This document shows positions 1 to 8,053 of a DNA stretch of 9,987 bases, one piece after another. The notes under the pieces were generated by a model. It was not told the origin of the DNA and ran no database searches. It was given only the letters and a program-made list of their open reading frames with translations. Origin of the DNA: Octopus sinensis (taxonomy: Eukaryota); NCBI RefSeq assembly GCF_006345805.1, contig NW_021827740.1, forward strand, positions 1-9,987, in the 5' to 3' direction. Position numbers and translations under genes: made by a program. How positions within the stretch are numbered: the stretch's first letter is position 1; every line of letters starts with the position of its first letter.

Positions 1-280
1 CTGTTTTCTGGTTTTTTTTTTACACAAATATACATAAATATATTCACCACAAATCTATTATTTTCTAGCGTCTGAGAAACTTTAGTTGTGCTTTCCAGCA
101 TCAGTAGGAATCCAGCAATTTTAGAGGTTTCCTTGCTATCCTACTCCCTATCTCTCCTCTCTCTTAATCTCTAATCTCCTCTCTTCTTTATCGCTTTTCC
201 TTCGTAAGTGTAAACGAGTGGGGACGTAGAAGAGCTTCAATGGCTGTTTGTAATCGTACGCGGCATTGCATGTTCTTTAC

Positions 281-302
281 TATTATTATTATTATTTATT
301 AT

Positions 303-337
<35 letters not shown>
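281..337. repeat. (ATT)n microsatellite; probable 3' tail or target tract of the adjacent retroelement fragment
   Basis: Near-perfect ATT run read directly; it abuts the element that starts at 338. Confidence 0.95.
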
Positions 338-744
338 GAGTGAGAGAGCAGTTCATGCCATCAAAGTGACACTGGGGTAAAATATACGAAGCCCAATATA
401 CCCATCATGACTACCCGTCTGATAAAGGTACACCAGGCACATGCATCACAACCATATGTGCGCGACATGGTGATCTCATATCAAGATAAACAGCACATGA
501 CCTTGGCAGGTGGGGCCCAGTTTGAATTTTCTTCAGGTTGAGTAGCCCATCCCGCTCAAACGGTCCCCGAATAAGGGTTGTTTAAGGATGTTGAAAGAAC
601 CACCCATGTTTCCAGAGGTGAACTATTCAAACCCCAAAGCATCCCTCTCAACACATGGCTATGATGCTCCCCCACTACTTCTGCTCGTGATCAGAGATGC
701 ACATATCGTCAGCCACTAAGGGACATGCTCAACTGGTTAAGGTC
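338..744 (-). mobile_element. 5'-truncated non-LTR retroelement 3' fragment (LINE 3'UTR-like, possibly R4/Dong-type) ending in (AAT)n
   Basis: GC-richer 407-bp block with sharp edges, bounded on both sides by (ATT)n. The minus strand ends ...ggcatgaactgctctctcactc(AAT)n. I recognise it as an abundant octopus interspersed repeat. The clade is inferred only from the (TAA)n context; no ORF is present. Confidence 0.6.

Positions 745-781
<37 letters not shown>
745..781. repeat. (TAT)n microsatellite
   Basis: Perfect trinucleotide run read directly. Confidence 0.95.
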
Positions 782-990
782 TTACTGAAACAACACCGGC
801 AACTGGGTTTTGGGATTCGGTCATTGAATATTCCAAGCAATAATTTCTGCTAATACCTCTTCAGGTTTATCTTTAACAGCTGAGAGACCGCGATTTATAA
901 GACGTACATAGATAATACCTGTAAATCTATATACAGGTGTTGATTGAAGATTACATTTTACGCTCATTAAAACCTAATTATATACATATA

Positions 991-1230
991 CTGTAATCTC
1001 TCGCTATATCGCGGTTCATCTATCACGTTTTATTATTTAAGCTTACGTTGATTCCTCCGTGGTGTTGTTTTCCGTTTATAATAGAATAAATATATACAAA
1101 TTATAAAAATAAAAAGTATATATATGCACAGTACAATACTGTTTCTAATACAATACTGTTCTAATATTCTGGCTTGCGTTGTGCTATACGTATAGAAAAA
1201 TTTGCATTAAGGTTTAACTGTAACTGTAAA
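991..1230 (+). mobile_element. Degenerate pogo/Tigger-like DNA transposon or MITE fragment (one TIR only)
   Basis: TA|ctgtaatctctcgctatatcgcggttcatctatcacg resembles Tigger-type termini (TA|CAGTAATCCCTCGCTATATCGCGG...) as I recall them. No matching second TIR was found, so the right boundary is approximate. Confidence 0.4.
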
Positions 1231-2051
1231 CCTAACTTTTGAGATAAGAGTAAGTTAACTGATTCTCAAATCTTTTAATAAAGTAAATGAAAGTTGTCCC
1301 TGTAAGATTTAAATTATCTTAATCGCTAAAGATAAATATTTTAATTGACAGACAATTTCGAATGAATGATAAAGTTACGATGACGGACACATCTAGTTGG
1401 TTATTAAAAAAGAATGTGCATTCAACACCTCGATTTATTTTTAGTGACATAAACTTTTTGAAGTGGTTCCGTGTTGTTGCCTTTTAGCGGGTCTTAGTGT
1501 CTTAATCTGGGCGTCGCCTTTGATTTAATAATCACTGAAGGTGACGCATAATTTCAACAGGAGTTTCCCAGCGAGAGAATTCTCTACAACATCCCATAAT
1601 AATGATGTCATAGTGTCTGCTATTTTCTGTTCTGTTAGATACAAAACCAGCGAACAGATAGAATACTAGACCGGTAAACCATCGACTATTCGGTCAATTT
1701 CCTTCTAATCGAGTTTCTGTGTTCTTGTATTCATGACACTTTATCCAGCCGAGGCCTCAGTTCAGCAAGGTGTGTCAACTTGGAAGCAGAGTTTTCCCAG
1801 GAAAGTGTCATATCATAAAATAATATTTCATCTCAAGGTGAAAGATTTTCCTCCTTTTGTTTATTGCTAAAATCCCCGGAACTGAATCCTGTTCTTTGGT
1901 TACTAACGTTAATATGATAAAGGTTAATATAACATATGCGTGTTTGTCGAGGTCTCTGGATCCTAATATGAGGAGAAAACTTACACTTATTACTTTACAC
2001 GTCAGTAATACTTAATTGATTCTAATTTCATATAAAATGTGCAGTTGTACT

Positions 2052-2213
2052 TCGCTCGTCGCTACGTTCTGAGTTCAAAATCCGCCGAGGTCGACTTTGC
2101 CTTTCATCCTTTCGGGGTCGATAAATTAAGTACCAGTTACGCATTGGGGTCGATGTAATCGGATTATCCCCGCACCCGGAATTGCAGGCCTTGTGCCAAA
2201 ATTTGAAACCAAT
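2052..2213 (+). mobile_element. tRNA-derived SINE with Nin/Deu-like central domain (5' partly degraded)
   Basis: B-box-like gagttcaaaatcc at 2071-2083, then the conserved domain gtcgactttgcctttcatcctttcggggtcgataaattaagtaccag. Homologous inverted copies lie at 2214-2357 and 5364-5535. Confidence 0.85.
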
Positions 2214-2357
2214 ATTCTTTTCTACTTTAGGCAGTATTCCCGAAATTTTGAGGGAGGGGGGAAGTCGTTTAAATCGATCCCAGTACGCAACTGGTACTTA
2301 ATTTATCGACCCCGAAAGGATGAAAAGCACAGTCGACCTCGGCGAAATAATTTGAAA
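2214..2357 (-). mobile_element. Second copy of the same SINE family, tail-to-tail with 2052-2213
   Basis: ctggtacttaatttatcgaccccgaaaggatgaaa (2291-2325) is the reverse complement of the core of the first copy. Its 3' tail (...cctaaagtagaaaagaat on -) differs from the first copy's tail. Confidence 0.85.
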
Positions 2358-2477
2358 CTAATATTAAATGAGTAATTAGTAAAATACTTGTCTAAGCATA
2401 ATGAAGAGAAGTTTATTGATGCAAAATATATTTTGCAAGAACTTAACTATCATTAAAACGTCTCAAATATCCTTAAT

Positions 2478-2840
2478 GAAGGCACGCGACCTTGTCATTA
2501 GGGTGTGCCACTCCCAATCATAAGATTGTGGTTTCGATTCCGGATTGGTCGGTGCGTTGTGTTCTTGAGCCAAACACACCAATTCATTACAGTCCATTCT
2601 GTTGTAAGTGTGCCATCTTGCAACAGAGTGGCGCCTTGTTCAGAGTTCAGAGGAGGTGAAGGTTGGGATTTCGGTCACTTATACACCACGGGTGCAGAGT
2701 ATACCCTGTCCTATCTGGTCCCAAGACACTTGACCCTAATGTCCATGGGTTGATGCTGATGTTGATGATGGTGATGAGGATTATGATGACAGTTATAGTT
2801 TTACCAACGAACAGTTTCATCAAAGATGACCTGGGGCTGA
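2478..2840 (+). mobile_element. Degenerate tRNA-derived SINE running into a (CAA)n tail
   Basis: tRNA-like head (ttagggtgtgccactcccaatcataagattgtgGTTTCGATTCC, B-box at 2531-2541) and a CORE-like gtgttcttgagccaaacac motif. The 3' end gatgacctggggctg runs directly into CAA repeats. Treating this as one element, and its boundaries, are inference. Confidence 0.55.
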
Positions 2841-2869
2841 ACAACAACAGCAGCAGCAGCAGCAGCAGC

Positions 2870-2906
<37 letters not shown>

Positions 2907-3033
2907 CAACAGTGGCAGCAACAACAGCAGCAGCAACAACAACAACAACAACAACAGCAGCAGCAGCAGCAACAACAACAACAGCAGCAGCAGCAGCAGC
3001 AGCAACAACAAAACAACAACAGCAACAACAATA
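2840..3033. repeat. Compound (CAA/CAG)n trinucleotide microsatellite, about 190 bp
   Basis: Alternating CAA and CAG blocks read directly. Confidence 0.95.
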
Positions 3034-3097
3034 ATATTTACCTGCGTGTTGTAAATATTTTAGTTACGTTTATTGTATTCATAACAGGAGATTCGTC

Positions 3098-3482
3098 CTT
3101 TTATTCTTTTATTGGTTTCAGTCATTTGACTGCGGCCAAGCTGGAACATCACCTTTACTCGAACAAATCGCTCCAGGATTTATTCTTTATAAGCCTTGTA
3201 CTTATTCTATCGGTCTCTTTTGTCGAACCGCTAGTTGACAGGGACGTAAACACGCGATCATCCGCTGTCAAGCGATCGTAGGGGGACAAACACACACATA
3301 CACACACACACACACATATATATATGCGACGAGCTTCTTTCAGTTTTCGTCTACTCAATTCACTCATAAGCCTTTAGTCAGCCCGAGGCTATAGAAAAAG
3401 ACACTTGCCCAAGGTGCCACGCAGTGGGACTGAATCCGGAACCATGTGGTTGGGAAGCAAACTTCTTACCACACAGCCACTC
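3098..3482 (-). mobile_element. Near full-length tRNA-derived SINE with CORE-like motif and internal (TG/TA)n
   Basis: The minus strand has a tRNA head (gtggctgtgtggtaagaagtttgcttcccaaccacatggttccggattcagtcccactg) and a MIR/CORE-like ccttgggcaagtgtctt. It also has an internal microsatellite at about 3290-3325 and the 3' end ...ttggccgcagtcaaatgactgaaacc-aataaaagaataaaag. Confidence 0.85.
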
Positions 3483-3486
3483 ACAC

Positions 3487-3517
<31 letters not shown>

Positions 3518-3575
3518 ACAAACACACACACACAAGCACACACACACACATATATATATATGCACACGCGCGCAT

Positions 3576-3606
<31 letters not shown>

Positions 3607-3903
3607 CATGCGCGCATACACACACACAATGAATCTATTTTCATATATGTGTGTTGAATGTGTGTGAGTATACATACAAGCATACATATATTGACATATA
3701 TATTTATATATATTTATATATATACACGTAAGTATATAAATATATATATATATATGTACACATATATGTTCATACACACACACACACATATATATACATG
3801 TATATATATGTGTATACGTATATAATGTATCTATTTGAAAGTGTTGATATATAAATATATATAAATATGTATATGTATGTGTGTATGAGTGTGCATGGAT
3901 GTA

Positions 3904-3936
<33 letters not shown>

Positions 3937-3948
3937 TGTATATATAAA
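3483..3948. repeat. Compound (CA)n/(TA)n/(TATG)n microsatellite
   Basis: Read directly. Confidence 0.95.
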
Positions 3949-4590
3949 TGCCGCTAAATATCTCATAAATCTCCGCCAATGAACCTCTATGAAGAACACC
4001 GCGAATAAATAATAAAAAAAATAAAATTTAAAAAAAATTAAGAGAAAATCGAAGGAAACTCTTCGTCTCCACCATCACCCTATCTCAGTAGTATCTTTCG
4101 GTTGACTAGATATGCCTTCATGGGAAATTGGCCAGTCGATAACTTAAGAGTTTTACTAACAACCCAACCAAAGCAGACATCATGGAGGAGAGAAGAGGGA
4201 GAGACACAGAAGGAGGAGAGAGAGGATCAATGAGAACAGCATTCATACACCGTGTAAGCGAGGAAGTGAAAGTGAAAGTGAAACTAGAAGAGGAATAAAG
4301 TGACACAGACAAAAAGGAGAAGGCGAGACAGACGGATAGCTGAGTGTAACCCTGAAAGTGAAGTAATTCTAAGACCCTACCCTACCATATAAGACGGAAT
4401 CAACATTCAACAGGGCATAGACAGATGCCAAGTCAGACACATTCCGGTAAATCACGGACTTGGTAGACGGAGAAAGTCCATGGTATCTCTTATATTTTCA
4501 TCTGACAGACGGATGTAATGGGGATTCTGGGTGGGAAACGGGTGGTAATGGTTTTGTTTACTTTATTGTTTATAGCTAACTTGATATATG

Positions 4591-5116
4591 GATATTAATG
4601 TATGTATGAGTGTATGTATATGTGTCTGTGCAAGAATGTACGTATGCGCGTATATACGTATGTATGTATTTATGTATGTATTTATGTATGCATGTAGTGT
4701 TTGTATGCATGCATGCAGTGTATGTATACACATCTATATATATATATGTGTGTGTGTGTGGGTGTGTGTGTGTGTGTGTGTATGTATATATATGGCTAGA
4801 TGTACACACTCATATGTGACTCTGTATACATGTATTTGTATATATATATGTATATATATATGTATATATACATATATATACATATACGTATATATATATG
4901 TATATAAAGATGTATATATATACATATATATATGCATATATATATATACATATATATATATTCGAATTTGTATGTATATGTATATATATATGTATGTGTG
5001 TATAATACATTATACACTATTAAAAAATACTAACGCTTATTAAATAGTATATAAATTCGTATATGTATTATGTAATATTTAACGTAATTAACATAATCAT
5101 ATATATATATATATAT

Positions 5117-5170
<54 letters not shown>

Positions 5171-5353
5171 TGATATATATTATATAAGCATATATATCAT
5201 GTATCTATGTATAGAATGTCTATCCATATATTATCAATATGCACACTTTATATATATATATATATATATATACTATAAATGCTTGCATATTATATACATT
5301 ATATATGTGTGTTGTACGTATGCATAAACACACACTCACACACACGCATATAT
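4591..5353. repeat. Compound (TATG)n/(TG)n/(TA)n microsatellite and low-complexity tract
   Basis: Read directly. Confidence 0.9.
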
Positions 5354-5363
5354 AGGGAGAGAT

Positions 5364-5535
5364 AATCTTTTCTTCACTAGGCACAAGGCATGAAATTTTG
5401 GGGGAGGGGGTCAGTCGATTAAATCGACCCCAGTACGCAACTGGTACTTAATTTATCGATCACGAAAGGATGAAAGACAAAATCAACCTCGGCGGAATTT
5501 GAACCAAAAACGTAAAGATAGACGAAATACCGCTA
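5364..5535 (-). mobile_element. Third copy of the Nin/Deu-like SINE family
   Basis: cagtacgcaactggtacttaatttatcgat...aaaggatgaaag...cctcggcggaatttgaac is near-identical to 2281-2357. Its tail matches the 2214-2357 type. Confidence 0.85.
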
Positions 5536-5579
5536 TATACTATGGGCCGAACTGTGAATGTATACACAACTGTCTGTGT

Positions 5580-5770
5580 GCTATACATACATTGAAAGAT
5601 GCATACATACATACATACATGCGTATGTTTATGCATTCAGGCGATACTTACTCATATTCATGTAAGTAATTAAGAATTTGGTCAAGCGTGTCTGTCTGTG
5701 TGTGATTATGAGAATATATTTTCGAGTATGTGTATGTGTGTGTGTGTGTTTGTGTGTACATGTGTATATG

Positions 5771-5823
<53 letters not shown>

Positions 5824-5919
5824 ATACACATATATTTGTAGACATGCATAATACATACATACATATATACATACATATATATATATATATGTATATATGT
5901 ATATATACACACACACCCA

Positions 5920-5957
<38 letters not shown>

Positions 5958-5958
5958 C
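5580..5958. repeat. Compound (CATA)n/(TG)n/(TA)n/(CA)n microsatellites with a short non-repetitive insert at about 5630-5725
   Basis: Read directly. Confidence 0.85.
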
Positions 5959-6162
5959 TAGTTAATCCAAACAAGAAAGCACAAAAAAACACAACAACGT
6001 GAGGACGTGGAATAAATATAGTATTATTGGACGCTCAGGAAAGAAGGAAAGAAGGAGGATTTAACGTTTCGAGCGGAGCTCTTCGTCGGAAACATAGGAG
6101 AAGGAAAGATCCAGAGAAGGGAAGACAGAGGAAAAAAAAGAAAAAAAAAGAAAAATATATAT
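5959..6162 (-). mobile_element. Penelope-like element terminal (pLTR-like) fragment, non-autonomous
   Basis: Contains a minimal HHR motif about 100 nt from its 3' end, which abuts (TA)n. I recognise the sequence as an octopus interspersed repeat. No RT or GIY-YIG ORF is present. Confidence 0.55.
6059..6093 (-). ncRNA. Minimal type I hammerhead ribozyme motif (PLE-type)
   Basis: Minus strand reads GTTT-CCGACGA-A-GAGC(TCC)GCTC-GAAA-CGT-T-AAAT. Stem I is GTTT/AAAT and the core is CCGACGA (U4C relative to CUGANGA). Stem II is GAGC/GCTC, GAAA is intact, and stem III is the loopless palindrome ACGT. The predicted cut is after GUU (6063|6062). Confidence 0.65.
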
Positions 6163-6385
6163 ATGTATATATGTATATAAATATATATATAGAGAGAGGA
6201 AGATGGAGTGATAGATAGATGGATATGTTTGCGTGTGTGTGTGTAAACTGCGTTTAAATATTCCGAAGATGTACTCATCTGGAAAATATCTTTTTAGATA
6301 TTTGTTTTATAGAAAATACAAGTGATCACCTTTCTCCTCACCTATGCAGCTAATAATTCATACATTACATTCATAGGCACACACA

Positions 6386-6482
6386 CATTTATATATATGA
6401 TATATGTCTATATAAATATGTGTATGCATATATTATATACCTATATATATATACATATATATATGAAATTATATATATATAT

Positions 6483-6533
<51 letters not shown>

Positions 6534-6563
6534 GATATATAATATATATTACATATATACATA

Positions 6564-6627
<64 letters not shown>

Positions 6628-6727
6628 GTGTGTACAGAAATGTATGTACGCGTGTATATAAGTATCTATCTATCTACTACCTATCTATCTATCTATCTAT
6701 CTATCTATCCATCTATATATCTATCTA

Positions 6728-6758
<31 letters not shown>

Positions 6759-6790
6759 TATATATATATATATATATATATCACATATGT
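6386..6790. repeat. Compound (TA)n/(TATC)n/(TC)n microsatellite
   Basis: Read directly; (TATC)n at about 6664-6729 is followed by (TC)n and then (TA)n. Confidence 0.95.
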
Positions 6791-7227
6791 GAGTGCCTGT
6801 GTGTGTAAGGATATGCATTTTGGGTGATCCACCAAGGATAGGCGACGATGCACCCTAGATGGAGGAGGTTGAATAAGGCATACTCTAGATGAAGGACGCC
6901 CTGCAGGTAAGGTATATCTAAGTGATAAATTCTGCTGCGCACCTCAGCCACTCCGAATAGCTGTTGGTTAGAACGGGTGTCAGTATCCCGTATCAAAGAA
7001 TGTAGAAACATGCTATTTATTTGTGAATGACAAGGTGAACTGTGCCATTATCAATTGTAGAGTCAGCTGTGTGTATAAATAAGATATCTAGGAGTACGCA
7101 GAGATACCATATGTTGGCATATATTCTTGTCACGTGATTGATCATTCGGCCATCTCACAAGACGAGGGGGGTATAGTCATATCTACCTCATATTGAAATT
7201 AATAATACAGCCAAATGAGCTTATAAA

Positions 7228-7375
7228 TACGTATGTATATATATATATATACGTAAGTATAAGTGTTTGTCTGTGTAAATGTATTTTTGTGTATGTGTAT
7301 ATATATGTGTGTATGTGTTTGTATCTATGTATGTTTATATGCAGGAATATATGCATACATGTATGTATTCACATT

Positions 7376-7411
<36 letters not shown>

Positions 7412-7412
7412 A
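7228..7412. repeat. Degenerate (TA)n/(TG)n/(TATG)n tract
   Basis: Read directly. Confidence 0.85.
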
Positions 7413-7422
7413 TTAAAAATAA

Positions 7423-7467
7423 AATAATAATGATATAATGATAATAATATAATAATAATAATAATAA

Positions 7468-7545
<78 letters not shown>

Positions 7546-7549
7546 TAAT
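7423..7549. repeat. (TAA)n microsatellite
   Basis: Read directly. Confidence 0.95.
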
Positions 7550-7562
7550 ATAAAATGGATTG

Positions 7563-7680
7563 AATACTGCAAAACGTACGTAGGACAGAGTCAGAAGGAC
7601 CCTAAATCTTTCATCAGTTATCGACTGATGAAGAATTAGGGTCCTTCTGTGTGTGGCCTACGTGTACACTTTGTAGCATT
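7563..7680. repeat. Imperfect inverted repeat (hairpin) with a 5-nt loop
   Basis: 7592-7618 pairs with 7624-7649 (one bulge, one mismatch). It is extended by acgtagg/cctacgt (7578-7584/7657-7663) and by 7563-7573/7670-7680. Confidence 0.85.
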
Positions 7681-7834
7681 TAATGTATTTTTGATTTATT
7701 GAGTAACTGAACGCATCCCGACTTTTGTTAGCAGTAAGTTTATATACAGTTCTATATTTAAGCGATGAAGAATTATGTTCATTATTTACATTATTTACAT
7801 TTAACGGATATTTGTCCTCATCATGTTTGTTGTT

Positions 7835-7880
7835 AACACAACGTTTCGGCTGATATACCCTTCAGCCTTCCTTAGTTGTC
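7835..7880 (-). ncRNA. Minimal type I HHR motif, left arm; G5A core mutation, probably inactive
   Basis: Minus strand reads GACAA-CTAAGGA-A-GGCTG(AAGGGTATAT)CAGCC-GAAA-CGT-T-GTGTT. Confidence 0.6.
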
Positions 7881-7915
7881 TTGGGAATGAGAACCTATGT
7901 TCGAAATTTCTTCAA

Positions 7916-7961
7916 GACACCTGATGAAGGCTGGTGGGTATATCAGCCCAAACGTTGTGTT
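7916..7961 (+). ncRNA. Minimal type I HHR motif, right arm; G12C core mutation, probably inactive
   Basis: Reads GACAC-CTGATGA-A-GGCTG(GTGGGTATAT)CAGCC-CAAA-CGT-T-GTGTT. Stem I is GACAC/GTGTT, stem II has 5 bp, and stem III is the loopless palindrome ACGT. GAAA is CAAA at 7949. Confidence 0.7.
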
Positions 7962-8053
7962 AACAACAAACAAGATGAGGACAAATATCCGTCAAATGTA
8001 AATAATCTAAATAAAGTAAGTTATATATATATATATATTATATATATATATAT

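Larger units (their letters stand above)
7782..8014. mobile_element. Palindromic PLE-derived element: two 102-bp inverted arms around a 29-bp spacer, each arm with an HHR motif
   Basis: Arms 7782-7883 and 7913-8014 align without gaps, with 9 mismatches by my manual count. Both arms end outward in (TAAATAATG)-like tails. Confidence 0.75.

Noticed and set aside
525-540. CTGAAGA on the minus strand of the LINE-like fragment
   Set aside because: No flanking stems or GAAA are positioned to form an HHR.
2193-2375. 60-aa ORF
   Set aside because: It has a GTG start and lies almost entirely within an antisense SINE copy.
2647-3034. ORFs encoding polyN/S/T/A/Q, polyL, polyC and polyV
   Set aside because: They are translations of the CAA/CAG microsatellite, open in several frames on both strands, with no domain.
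3400-3482. tRNA gene
   Set aside because: The A/B-box-like sequence is a SINE head. It has no acceptor stem closure and continues into the SINE body.
4182-4298. Short E/R/G-rich ORF (MEERRGRDTEGG...)
   Set aside because: It reflects purine-rich low complexity, has an in-frame stop just upstream, and lacks splice support.
3378-6827. Numerous Y/I/H/T/C/V-rich ORFs
   Set aside because: Dinucleotide and tetranucleotide repeats lack stop codons, so these are artefacts.
7592-7649. C/D snoRNA or complete hammerhead reading of the CTGATGA hairpin
   Set aside because: There is no stem II plus GAAA downstream of CTGATGA. On the minus strand, TGATGA and CTGA are only about 16 nt apart, too close for a snoRNA.
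7782-8014. CRISPR array or prokaryotic system
   Set aside because: There is no direct repeat-spacer array, and the window is clearly metazoan repeat DNA.
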